Source: Myxococcota bacterium (GTDB lineage: Bacteria; Myxococcota_A; UBA796; SXON01). From it: a stretch of 44,303 nt of DNA. Position numbers and translations under genes: made by a program. The stretch lies in the NCBI GenBank assembly GCA_040386535.1, contig JAZKFH010000027.1, forward strand, positions 1-44,303, read 5' to 3'. Positions 35,324 to 44,231 of this stretch are shown here, piece after piece. The notes beneath the pieces were generated by a model. It worked only from the letters and a program-made list of their open reading frames with translations, ran no database searches and was not told the DNA's origin. Numbering within the stretch: the stretch's first letter is position 1; the number at the start of each line of letters is the position of its first letter.

Positions 35324-38179
35324 ATGCTGCACGTTCTCCTGCTCCTCCCGTTGCTCGGGTGCGACATGGGCCTGCCGGACCTCGGGGAGCTCCTCGGCAC
35401 GAACGAGCCCGTAGCGGCCACGCCGGCCGGGCCCGCCGCCAAGGACACGTCCGCGCAGGTCGCCGACATCCGCGCGGTGTTGCGCTCCGGCAAGGCCGCC
35501 GACGCCGCGAAGGCCGCCGAGGCCCTCCTCGCCGCGCACCCCGAGGAGGACGCCGTCTGGGAGCTGGTCGAGCTCGCGGCGATCCGCGGCGGCGTGGCGG
35601 GCGAGCTGGTCGACCGCCTGTCGGCGGACCAGGCCATCGGTGGGCGCGTTGACCGCCACCACGCCCTCCGCGGCGTGCTCGCGGTCGAGGCGAACCGCCT
35701 GGGGGACGCGATCAACGCCGCCCGCGCGCTCCGTCCGGTCGCCCCGGGGGACGCGGCGGCGATCTTCGCGCTCGCGACGGCCAAGGGCGCGCCGACCCCG
35801 GATGATTTGACGCCGGCGGAGAAGGGCCTGCTCGCGGCGCGAAGCGCGGGCGTGGGGCTCGACGCGCAGGTGGAGGCCCTGCCTGGCTGGCGCGTGGCGC
35901 TGGTGCGCGCGGAGGCACGGCTGGCGCGTGGCGATCGTGCGGGCGCCGCCCTCGAAGCCGCGGTCGCCGAAGCGGGCGGGCCGCGTGCGCGCGGGCTGGG
36001 CTCCCTGGTGCGGATCCGCGCGGCGGCCACCGCCGACGAGGCCTGGGCCGCGGCCGAGTCCAGCGCGCGCGCCGCGCTCGAAGAGGGCGACGCCCTCGGG
36101 GTCGCCGAGATCCTCGACGCCGTGCTCCCGGTCGCGTTGGGGGGGTGGAAGGCGAGCGTCGTCGCGACCGCGGCGACCGAGCTCCGCGGCAAGCTGACGG
36201 ATGCCGGCAACGGCGAGGCCGCGGCGCGGGTGGCGGTCGTCGAGGCCGAGGCCGCGCTCCGCGCGGGCATGCCGGTCCGGGCGCGAGAAGCCGCGCGCCT
36301 CGCCGTCGCGCTCCCGGCCCTCTCGGTCCGGGCCAGCTGGACCCTCGCGCTCACCAGCGCCGCCCTCGGCCTCCCCGCCGACGTCGACGCGGCCGCGTCC
36401 GCCCTCGCCGAGCCCCGCGCCGGCGCCGCGCGCGATCTCGCCAAGGCCCTCCGCGGACAGTCCCCGACCCTCCCGTCCCCCGGCCTCGAAGGTGCCGACG
36501 CCGCGCACCAGGCCCTCCTCGGCGCCGGGTGGCTCGCGGATCCGCGCGCCGCCTACGCCACCGCGGCGCTGGCCGCCGAACCTCTCGCGCCCGACCTCGC
36601 CGCGTGGGCCCGCCTCGCCGTCGGCGACGCGCCGGTCGCGCTCACGGCGGATGCGACCCCCTCGTTGCGCGCCGAGCACGCCGCGCGCGCCTGGCTCGCC
36701 TCTGGCGTCGCGACCCCCGCGCTGCCCGGTGACCTGCCGCACCCCGGCGCGACCGGCTGGAACGCGCTGTTCGCCGGCACCCCCGCCGCGGCCGACGCTC
36801 CGGGGATCGCGGCCTGGTCGCGCCTGCGCGCCGCGCTGGACGCCGCGGACACCGCCGCCGCCGCCAAGGAGCTCGGGGCCCTCTCCATCGTCGTCCCCGC
36901 GTGGCGCACCGGCCCCTGGGCGCCCATCGCCCGGCTGGACGGGCCCCGCCCCGAGGACCTCGACGCTGACGCCGCGCGCAGCGCCCGCGGCGCCGACCCG
37001 CTCCCGTTCGCCGTGGTCCACCACGGGTGGGACGCCCGCGTCCAGACGAGCGAGCTGCGCTGGTCGCGCGGCATCGCGCCGTTTCCCCCCACCGCCACGC
37101 CCGAGCAGCGCGCGGCCGTGTGGGACGCCGCCGCCGCGCATCGCGCCGGCGTGGTCGCCGCGTTCATGGGCCACGGCACCTGGCCCGCGGCCGCCGCGAC
37201 CACCCTGGAGGAGGCCGAGAAGGCTGCCGGGCTCGCGCGCTTCGCGCCGCCGTCGTTGGCCGCCCTCCGCACCACGCTCGACGGCGACGCGATCGTGTCG
37301 TTCCGCATCGTGCCGAACGGCGTCGAGACGCTCTACGTGGGCGAGGAGAAGGGCAAGCTCGCGCTCCTCCCGGCGTCCCTGCCACGGGACACGGGCGCGA
37401 TGCTCGCGTCGCTGCGCGCCGGGGAGTCCGTCGTCGCGCAAGGCGACCGCCTCCGCGAGACCGTGATCGACGGCGCGATGGACGTGCTCCTCGGGGTCGG
37501 CCGCTACATGGTCGTGGGCCCCGCGCCCGTGGGCCTCCTCCCCATCGCCGCGATGCCGGAGCAGGCGGACGGCCTGCGCTTCCTCGCGTCCATCCGCCAC
37601 GTCGGGTACCTGCCCGACCTCGACTCGGTGCTGCCGCCCGTGGTCGCGGTCGAGCCCGAGATGGGCATGACCTTGTTCGCGCTGTGTGCGGACCCCGTCG
37701 AGTCCCTCGCCGTGCGGCGCGTCTATCCCGACGCCCAGGTGCTCGAAGGGCCCGCGGCGACCGTCGCCGCGTTCCGCGCCAACGCCGGCACGGCACGGTT
37801 CGTCCACGTCGGCGGCTTCCCCGTCACGGCGGACGGCGGCTTCCAGCTGGCCGACGGTCCGCTCACGCTCGGCGACATCGCCGCGTTGCCGCTCCAGGCG
37901 CGCGGCGTGCTCATCGGCGGCGGGCAGGACCCCGCGGTCATCGCCGGCCGCATCGCCGCGTTTCGCCAGGCGGGCGCCACGGACGTGATGGTCGAGGGCT
38001 GGTCGATCGAGAGCGACCTGCGCGGGCCCATCCTGATGCACTTCTGGGAGGGGCTGAACCGACGGTACAGCGCCAGCCGCTCCCTCTCGGAGGCCCGCAC
38101 CCTGGCGCTCCGCGAGGTCGGCGAGGCGAGCGTGCCCCCGGCCTCCTGGGGCGGGTTCTTCGTGTCCGGGCGGCCCTAG
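35324..38179 (+). CDS. Lipoprotein with Ala-rich helical (TPR-like) repeats and a degenerate C-terminal CHAT domain
   Basis: MLHVLLLLPLLGC lipobox. CHAT-like VVGP.P...LP.AA, L.G..AT...F, LT..DI..L.L.A, AF..AGA..V....W.I, L..F...L and P.SWGGF..SG. Confidence 0.78.
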   Translation: MLHVLLLLPLLGCDMGLPDLGELLGTNEPVAATPAGPAAKDTSAQVADIRAVLRSGKAADAAKAAEALLAAHPEEDAVWELVELAAIRGGVAGELVDRLSADQAIGGRVDRHHALRGVLAVEANRLGDAINAARALRPVAPGDAAAIFALATAKGAPTPDDLTPAEKGLLAARSAGVGLDAQVEALPGWRVALVRAEARLARGDRAGAALEAAVAEAGGPRARGLGSLVRIRAAATADEAWAAAESSARAALEEGDALGVAEILDAVLPVALGGWKASVVATAATELRGKLTDAGNGEAAARVAVVEAEAALRAGMPVRAREAARLAVALPALSVRASWTLALTSAALGLPADVDAAASALAEPRAGAARDLAKALRGQSPTLPSPGLEGADAAHQALLGAGWLADPRAAYATAALAAEPLAPDLAAWARLAVGDAPVALTADATPSLRAEHAARAWLASGVATPALPGDLPHPGATGWNALFAGTPAAADAPGIAAWSRLRAALDAADTAAAAKELGALSIVVPAWRTGPWAPIARLDGPRPEDLDADAARSARGADPLPFAVVHHGWDARVQTSELRWSRGIAPFPPTATPEQRAAVWDAAAAHRAGVVAAFMGHGTWPAAAATTLEEAEKAAGLARFAPPSLAALRTTLDGDAIVSFRIVPNGVETLYVGEEKGKLALLPASLPRDTGAMLASLRAGESVVAQGDRLRETVIDGAMDVLLGVGRYMVVGPAPVGLLPIAAMPEQADGLRFLASIRHVGYLPDLDSVLPPVVAVEPEMGMTLFALCADPVESLAVRRVYPDAQVLEGPAATVAAFRANAGTARFVHVGGFPVTADGGFQLADGPLTLGDIAALPLQARGVLIGGGQDPAVIAGRIAAFRQAGATDVMVEGWSIESDLRGPILMHFWEGLNRRYSASRSLSEARTLALREVGEASVPPASWGGFFVSGRP

Positions 38180-38188
38180 AAGTAGCCG

Positions 38189-41100
38189 TTGCCCGCGCCC
38201 TTCCTGCTCGCGGTCGCCGCCGCCGTCGCCGCGTCGCCCGTCTTGGGCCCCTCGGGCTGGACGTGGCTCGGCCCCCTCCCGCCCGCGCCCGATCCGCGTC
38301 ACGACGCCGCGCGCGACTCGGTCGTGTTCGAGCCCGGCAGCTGCACGGTCGAGGTCGGCCGCGTCGACCTCGACGGGGGCCCCGGCAACCGCGACCTGCG
38401 CCTCGCTCGCGTGTGGGACGGGGCCGGGTGGCGCTGGGCCGACGACTGGCAGGTGCGCGACGGGCGCCTGATCCGGCCGGGCCAGGCGCCGGTGCCGATC
38501 GGCGCCGGGGGCCGCGTCGGGGACGAGGCGATCACGCACGACGCGGCCGGCCGCGTCGTCTCGCGGAGGCGTGGCGGTCGCGTCGTCGAGGTGCTGCGGG
38601 ACCCGGGCGGCGCCTTCCGCGGCATGCGGAGCGGCGCCGTCGAGGTGAGCCTCGCGGAGGGGGATGCCGCGCGCGGCGTCGCGAGTGATGGGCGTGAGGT
38701 CCGGTGGCGGTGGGAGGGCACGGAGCTCCGCAGCGTGGCGGACGCCGGCGGTGTGACGAGCCTGTACACCTACATGGGCGGCCGGCTCGCGACGATCGGG
38801 TGGGCGGACGGCGGGCGCGTCACCGTGGACGTGACGCCGACCCGCACGCGCCTCTCCGGCACCGGCGGCGCCTGGGCCTGTGCGCGGCGCACCGTCGTGA
38901 GCGACGCGAGCACGTACGGGCGCGTGAGCATCGACGGGCCGGCGGGGACCTGGACGTTGGAGGAGGTGGGCGCGGTGCGGTCGGTCACGGACCCCGCGGG
39001 CGGCACGACCCGGACCCGGTGGGGGGAGGGGAGGCTCGTGGGGTGGACCGATCCGCGCGGCGGCGAGACCCGGCTGGAGCGGGACGCGCAGGGGCGCCTC
39101 ACCGGCGTGACCGATCCGTCGGGCGCGCGGTGGGGGCTGGCGTGGGCGGAGGCCGGTCTGGTCGGCGTGGTCGCCCCGGACGGGGCCCGCTGGGGCATCG
39201 GAAGGGACGCGGAGGGCGCGGTGGTGCGGGTCGACGAGCCCTCGGGGCGGTCCGCGGAGTGGGAGCGCGACACGGCCGGCCGCGTGCGTGGCGTGCGCGT
39301 CGGCGCGGCGCGGTGGGGCCACACGCGGGACGCGGCGGGGCGGCTCCTCGCGCTCGTCGATCCCGTGGGCGCGCGGCTGGATGTGGTCCGGGACGCCGCG
39401 GGCGCCGTGGTCCAGGTCCGCGACGGCGCGGGCGGCGCGTGGGGCTTGGCGCGCAACGGAGGTGGGCAGGTCGTCGCGGTGATCGATCCCGGCGCCGCGC
39501 GGTGGGAGATCAGCCGGGACGCGCTCGGGCGGACGGCGGGCGTCCGCGATCCGACCGGGGCATGGGCCAGGTGGACCCGGCGCGACACCGGCGCCGTCGA
39601 GCGGATCACGCTGGCGAGCGGCGTGTGGGCGTTGCTCTGGAACGGCGCGGGGGCGCTCGCCGGCGTGCGGGATCCGCAGGGGCAGACGACCGGTTGGGCG
39701 CGCGACGCCCTCGGTCGGGCGCGTGCGGTCCACCGCGCGGATGGCAGCGTGGTGCGGCTCGACCGGGACGGCGCAGGCGATCTGATCGCGGTGGACAACG
39801 TGCGTGTGCGTCGCGACGCAGCGGGCCGCCCCCTGGCGGTCGAGCAGGGCGCGGGAGACCAGGGCCTCTACTGGGACCTCGACGCGGCCGGCCACGTCGT
39901 CGGGGTCACCGCGCCCGGCGTCGGGCTCGGGCTCGGCCGGGAGCCGGGGGGCGCGATCCGGGAGGTGCGGGTCGTCGGGAGCGCGCCGGTGCGGCTCACA
40001 CGCGACGCTCAGGGCCGGGTGGTGCGCGCGGAGGATGGCTCGGCGGCGGAGTTGGTGCGCGACGCCTCGGGGCGGATCACCGCCCTGCTGCGGACCGGGA
40101 GCCCACGGCTGCGGATCGAGCGCGACATGCGCGGGCTCCCGGCGCGGTTCGTCCTCGGCGACCGCACGTGGACCGTGGGACGAGACGCCGTCGGCCGCAT
40201 CGTGACGGTCGATGCGCCGGGCGGTGTTCGCCTCGGCGTGGACCGTGACGTGGGGGGGCGCCCGCGGCTCGCACGGTTCCCCACCGGCGCCCTCGCGCGC
40301 TTCGATCGGCGCGACGACGGCGTCACCATCTCGCTCGCGGACCGCGACGGCGCCGAGCTCGGCCGCGCCGGGGCCACCGTGGGCGCGACCGGGCTGCTGA
40401 ACCGCCTCGAGGCCGCGGCCACGTGGCTCTTCCGGCGCGATCCGCTCGGCACGCTCGTGGCCGTCGAGTCGGACACGGAGGCCTGGTCCAGCGCGCCCGA
40501 CGGGGTCGAGGGCCCCGGCGGGGCCTACGTGCGGTACGACGCGACGGGGCGCCCCCGCGAGTCGCGCGCGCCAGCCGGGTGGGGCGCGTGGGGCACCAGC
40601 GCGGCTCCGCTGACGTACACGCTCGACGAACACGGCGCCATCGAGGCCATCGGCGGCACCGCCCTCCGCTATGACGGCCTCGGGCGCCTCGTCGCGTGGG
40701 ACGGTCCGGCCGGAGCCGGCGTGGTCGCGCGGGACGCCCTGGGCCGGATCGCGCGGGTGGGGCGCACCCCGGTGGACGGGTGGGATCTGCTGCTCTCCGT
40801 CGGCACCGAGGTGCGCGCCGAGGTGCCCGGGATCGCGGTCGGGCGCGTGGGGGGCGGAGTGCTGTTCGATCCGCGCGGCGCCCCCCTGTTCGCGCTGCCG
40901 GGCGGGCTGGTGGCCACCGCGCCGGGCGGCGGCTTCTACGCGGGCGAGAGCCGCGCCTTCGAGACGGGCCCCCTCGAGTCCGGCGCGGCGGGGCGGCTCC
41001 GCGTCGCGAAGGACGGGGCGCTGCTCGGGCTCGTCGACGCGCTCGATCCGGTGTCCGGCCAGCCGCTGGGCGTGTCGATGACCTGGCCCTGGGCGCCACG

Positions 41101-41518
41101 CGCCTGGGAGGCCACCCCCACCGCGTCGCCCCTGGTGGACGCCGACACCGCCGCCATCGGCCTGCCCTGGGATCCCGGTCCCTGGTCGGCCGGCTCGCCC
41201 TGGTCCGATCCGCTCGCGCTCCTCGTGGCGGCCGGAGAGCTCCCCGACGGGGGCGCCCGGACCCCCGCCGCGCCGGGCCTGCCGTGGCTGCCCGCGTCCT
41301 TCGCACCCGTACGGCCGGCGCCGGTGCCCGACCAGTTCGGATCGCCGTTCGAGGAGGAGCCGATCGTGGCGTGGGTCCTCGACCACGCGCGCGCCCCGTC
41401 CACGGCGCCCGCGCCCGAGGCCCTGGCTGCCGTGCTCCTGGCGGCTTCCGTGGCGCCGTGGATGGAGACCGCGCCGGCGCTGACGCCGCCGCTGCCCGCC
41501 GAGCTCCGCGGGCCGTAG
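38189..41518 (+). CDS. Secreted RHS/YD-repeat-like protein (degenerate)
   Basis: N-terminal signal-like segment, DUF6531-like L.L.R.W..GW, more than 20 xD.xGR repeats with TDP.G, and a remnant core (DPVSGQ ... PWSDPLA). Confidence 0.8.
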   Translation: MPAPFLLAVAAAVAASPVLGPSGWTWLGPLPPAPDPRHDAARDSVVFEPGSCTVEVGRVDLDGGPGNRDLRLARVWDGAGWRWADDWQVRDGRLIRPGQAPVPIGAGGRVGDEAITHDAAGRVVSRRRGGRVVEVLRDPGGAFRGMRSGAVEVSLAEGDAARGVASDGREVRWRWEGTELRSVADAGGVTSLYTYMGGRLATIGWADGGRVTVDVTPTRTRLSGTGGAWACARRTVVSDASTYGRVSIDGPAGTWTLEEVGAVRSVTDPAGGTTRTRWGEGRLVGWTDPRGGETRLERDAQGRLTGVTDPSGARWGLAWAEAGLVGVVAPDGARWGIGRDAEGAVVRVDEPSGRSAEWERDTAGRVRGVRVGAARWGHTRDAAGRLLALVDPVGARLDVVRDAAGAVVQVRDGAGGAWGLARNGGGQVVAVIDPGAARWEISRDALGRTAGVRDPTGAWARWTRRDTGAVERITLASGVWALLWNGAGALAGVRDPQGQTTGWARDALGRARAVHRADGSVVRLDRDGAGDLIAVDNVRVRRDAAGRPLAVEQGAGDQGLYWDLDAAGHVVGVTAPGVGLGLGREPGGAIREVRVVGSAPVRLTRDAQGRVVRAEDGSAAELVRDASGRITALLRTGSPRLRIERDMRGLPARFVLGDRTWTVGRDAVGRIVTVDAPGGVRLGVDRDVGGRPRLARFPTGALARFDRRDDGVTISLADRDGAELGRAGATVGATGLLNRLEAAATWLFRRDPLGTLVAVESDTEAWSSAPDGVEGPGGAYVRYDATGRPRESRAPAGWGAWGTSAAPLTYTLDEHGAIEAIGGTALRYDGLGRLVAWDGPAGAGVVARDALGRIARVGRTPVDGWDLLLSVGTEVRAEVPGIAVGRVGGGVLFDPRGAPLFALPGGLVATAPGGGFYAGESRAFETGPLESGAAGRLRVAKDGALLGLVDALDPVSGQPLGVSMTWPWAPRAWEATPTASPLVDADTAAIGLPWDPGPWSAGSPWSDPLALLVAAGELPDGGARTPAAPGLPWLPASFAPVRPAPVPDQFGSPFEEEPIVAWVLDHARAPSTAPAPEALAAVLLAASVAPWMETAPALTPPLPAELRGP

Positions 41519-41521
41519 CGG

Positions 41522-42202
41522 CTATTCGAAGAGGAAGCGGTATTGCTTCACGCCGTCCGCCTCGGTCCAGAAGCCGACGGTGAGCTGCATCGCGACGGCC
41601 TGGAGGTTCCGCGTGGGGGCCGGGAAGAGGAGCACGCCGGAGCGGTCCCCCTTGCGGGCGTCGGTGCCGAGGTAGGCGCGCCGGAAGTCGTCCGCGTTGC
41701 GGATGCGCAGCGAGAGGTTCGCCGGGGCGCCGACCCGCAGCTCCTCGCGGGCGCCGGTCAACAGGTGCACCAGCAGGTCGTCCGGCTGGGCGACGGCGAG
41801 GAAGGTCTGTTCGGTGTCGTTCACGGCGAGCTCGGTGTGCGCGGGACTCCAGCGGGTCTCGCGGTCGGAACGCACCTCGATGCGCCAGAGGTAGCCCACG
41901 GCGTCGTTGAAGAGGCGGGCCGTGCCGTCCGGCCACTCGTTCCAGGGCTGGCCCTCGGCGAGCACGGGCGCCACGGTCACGGAGAAGTGCTCCTGGCCCT
42001 GGGTCTGCGGCGTGTACGACACCACGGGCCCGGGCACGGTGTCACGGTCGAGGTAGTCGCGGCGCATCGCCTCGGTCGCGGCGTCGAAGATTTGCCGCTC
42101 GATCGAAACCCGGGACGATGCGGGTACATCGCCGGGAACGGCGGAGCGGGCGCAGCCCGCGAGGAGCAGAAGTACGGCCCAGGGGGGGCAACTGGAGGGC
42201 AA
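41522..42202 (-). CDS. Hypothetical lipoprotein
   Basis: LLLLAGC lipobox; normal globular composition; convergent with the RHS-like gene. Confidence 0.7.
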   Translation of the reverse strand: MPSSCPPWAVLLLLAGCARSAVPGDVPASSRVSIERQIFDAATEAMRRDYLDRDTVPGPVVSYTPQTQGQEHFSVTVAPVLAEGQPWNEWPDGTARLFNDAVGYLWRIEVRSDRETRWSPAHTELAVNDTEQTFLAVAQPDDLLVHLLTGAREELRVGAPANLSLRIRNADDFRRAYLGTDARKGDRSGVLLFPAPTRNLQAVAMQLTVGFWTEADGVKQYRFLFE

Positions 42203-42217
42203 ATCAGTCTCCGAGGC

Positions 42218-42245
42218 TTGCGCGCTTCACTGGACGCAGTATATT
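42218..42245 (+). promoter_or_regulatory. Sigma70-type promoter of the tRNA cluster with a GC-rich discriminator
   Basis: TTGCGC-N16-TATATT followed by CGCCGCGCC, just upstream of tRNA-His. Confidence 0.55.
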
Positions 42246-42258
42246 CGCCGCGCCTCAC

Positions 42259-42335
42259 GGTGGGTGTAGCTCAGTTGGTAGAGCACTGGTTTGTGGCACC
42301 ATAGGTCGCGGGTTCAAATCCCGTCATCCACCCCA
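42259..42335 (+). tRNA. tRNA-His(GTG)
   Basis: Cloverleaf with G-1 and C73, anticodon GTG at 42293-42295, GGTTCAAATCC T-arm, encoded CCA. Confidence 0.95.
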
Positions 42336-42361
42336 CCCCTTCTCTGATTCGAACGTTTCGT

Positions 42362-42437
42362 GGGCCTCTAGCTCAACTGGTAGAGCATCGGACTCTTAAT
42401 CCGCAGGTTCCGGGTTCAAGCCCCGGGGGGCCCACCA
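42362..42437 (+). tRNA. tRNA-Lys(CTT)
   Basis: 76-nt cloverleaf, anticodon CTT at 42395-42397, encoded CCA. Confidence 0.95.
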
Positions 42438-42555
42438 CCTTCTTCCCCAACGTCGTCCAATCCGGCGCGCCGAGGCCCTCGTGGTCTCGGGCGCCGGACA
42501 CGCGTCCGGGGCACTCGCGGCGGCACCGTCGCGTGCCTCTGCGTTTGGTCTGTCC

Positions 42556-42640
42556 GCGAGAATGGCGGAACTGGCAGACGCGCCGGACTTAGGATCCGGT
42601 GGGGAAACCCGTGGGGGTTCAACTCCCCCTTCTCGCACCA
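42556..42640 (+). tRNA. tRNA-Leu(TAG)
   Basis: 85-nt class II tRNA with variable arm GGG-GAAA-CCC-like, anticodon TAG at 42590-42592, CCA; usual position upstream of tig. Confidence 0.95.
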
Positions 42641-42671
42641 TCCCCGTCCTACATGCTCCCGCGAGGCACCG

Positions 42672-44231
42672 ATGTCCCACCAGGTGGACCAGATCTCCGC
42701 GTTCCAGAAGCGCCTCCAGTTCTCGGTCCCGTCGACCGAGGTCGACAAGAAGATCGGCGAGGCCTTCCGGGTTCTCTCCCAGCGCGTGAACATCCCGGGG
42801 TTCCGCCGCGGCAAGGTGCCGCGCAAGGTGCTCGACCAGCGCTACGGCCGCCAGATCCGCAGTGACGTGGCGTCCGACCTGATCAACAACGAATTCCGCC
42901 AGGCCGCGCTCGACATCGAGTTCCTCGGCCAGCCCGAAGTCGACCGCTCCGACCTGCTCGAGGGCACCGACTTCAACTTCTCCATCACGGTGCAGGTCAA
43001 GCCCGCGGTCGAGGTCAAGGACTACACGGGCGTCAAGGTCGACTTCCCGGTCCCCTCCGTCACGGAAGACCAGGTGGACCTGCTCGTCTCCCGCCGCCTC
43101 CAGGGCCAGTCCCGCCTCGTCGAGGTCGAGGGTGACCGCGTGGTCGCACGTGGCGACCTCGCCCTGACCGAGATCGTCCTCATCGAGGACGGTGTCGAGA
43201 AGACGATCGAGAGCGGCACCATGGTGAACACCGCGGGCGATCGCTACTACACCGGCGTCGAGACGCTCCTCGTCGGCCTCGCCAAGGGCGAGACCAAGAC
43301 CGGCACCGTGACCTTCGGCGCGAACGCCGGCATGGACTCGCTCCGTGGCCGCACCGTCGAGCTCCGGGTGACCGTGCTCGGCATCCAGGTCTCCCAGGTG
43401 CCCGAGCTCACGGACGCAGTCGCGGCCGAGCTCGGCTACGAAGGTGGCGTCGAGGCCATGCGCGCCGCGCTCCGGATGGAAGAGGAGACCCGTGCGAACG
43501 AGGCCTCCCGCAACGTCGCCCGCGTGAACCTGCTCCAGAAGCTCATCGGCACGCACAGCTTCGACGTTCCGCCCGCCATGGTCGACAGCCACCTGCAGCT
43601 CCTTCTCGAGGAGCTCCGCATCCAGGCGGCGTACCGCGGTCGTGACCCCCGCTCCATCCGCTACTCCGAAGCGCAGATGGCCGACCTCCGCCAGCGCGCC
43701 GACTTCGCCGCCCGCGCTTCGCTCCTCCTCGAGGGCGTCGCCAAGGCGGAGGACATCGAGATCACGAACGACGATCTCGAGGCCAAGTACCAGGAGATCG
43801 CCGACATGCGCGGCCAGCGCGTCGAGGCCATCCGTGGCTACTTCGCCAAGGACAACGCGATCGGCGAGCTGAAGAAGCGCCTCCTCGAGGAGCGCACGCT
43901 CGACTGGTTGCTCGAGCGCGCCGAGCTGGTCGACGTGGCCGGCACCGACAACGACTCGGCCCCCGCGCTCGACGCGATCGAGGCCGCCGCGCCCGAAGCC
44001 GAAGCGGAAGCGGCTCCCAAGGCCGCCAAGGCCAAGGCCGCCCCCAAGGCCAAGGCGCCCAAGGCCGAGGCTGCCGCCGAGGCTCCCGAGGCCGCCGCCG
44101 AGGCCGCCCCCACGAAGCCGAAGGGCAAGGCCAAGGCTGCTGAGGCCGCCGCCGAGGCTCCCGAAGCCGCCGCGGAAGCCGCCCCCGAGAAGCCCAAGGC
44201 CAAGTCCAAGGCGAAGAAGACCGAGGAGTAG
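42672..44231 (+). CDS. tig: Trigger factor
   Basis: Ribosome-binding signature IPGFRRGKVP, FKBP-like middle domain, SurA-like C-terminal domain, Ala/Lys/Glu/Pro-rich tail. Confidence 0.95.
   Translation: MSHQVDQISAFQKRLQFSVPSTEVDKKIGEAFRVLSQRVNIPGFRRGKVPRKVLDQRYGRQIRSDVASDLINNEFRQAALDIEFLGQPEVDRSDLLEGTDFNFSITVQVKPAVEVKDYTGVKVDFPVPSVTEDQVDLLVSRRLQGQSRLVEVEGDRVVARGDLALTEIVLIEDGVEKTIESGTMVNTAGDRYYTGVETLLVGLAKGETKTGTVTFGANAGMDSLRGRTVELRVTVLGIQVSQVPELTDAVAAELGYEGGVEAMRAALRMEEETRANEASRNVARVNLLQKLIGTHSFDVPPAMVDSHLQLLLEELRIQAAYRGRDPRSIRYSEAQMADLRQRADFAARASLLLEGVAKAEDIEITNDDLEAKYQEIADMRGQRVEAIRGYFAKDNAIGELKKRLLEERTLDWLLERAELVDVAGTDNDSAPALDAIEAAAPEAEAEAAPKAAKAKAAPKAKAPKAEAAAEAPEAAAEAAPTKPKGKAKAAEAAAEAPEAAAEAAPEKPKAKSKAKKTEE
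44064..44213 (+). repeat. Two imperfect 75-bp units in the tig tail
   Basis: AEAAAEAPEAAAEAAPTKPKGKAKA / AEAAAEAPEAAAEAAPEKPKAKSKA. Confidence 0.85.

Noticed and set aside
35249..41386. 2045-aa antisense ORF and the many other long Arg/Gly/Pro-rich overlapping ORFs (e.g. 783-3410, 2372-4927, 20941-23295, 32749-36444, 42396-44279)
   Set aside because: Shadow ORFs expected at very high GC, where stop codons are rare. They have no family motifs and lie over well-supported genes.
41522..42202. Lipoprotein as the immunity protein for the RHS gene
   Set aside because: It is convergent rather than co-transcribed, and no toxin domain is evident in the RHS C-terminus. A functional link cannot be fully excluded.
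42259..42640. tRNA cluster as an integration site for an island
   Set aside because: I saw no integrase and no duplicated tRNA 3' end in the window; tRNA-Leu-tig is ordinary core synteny.
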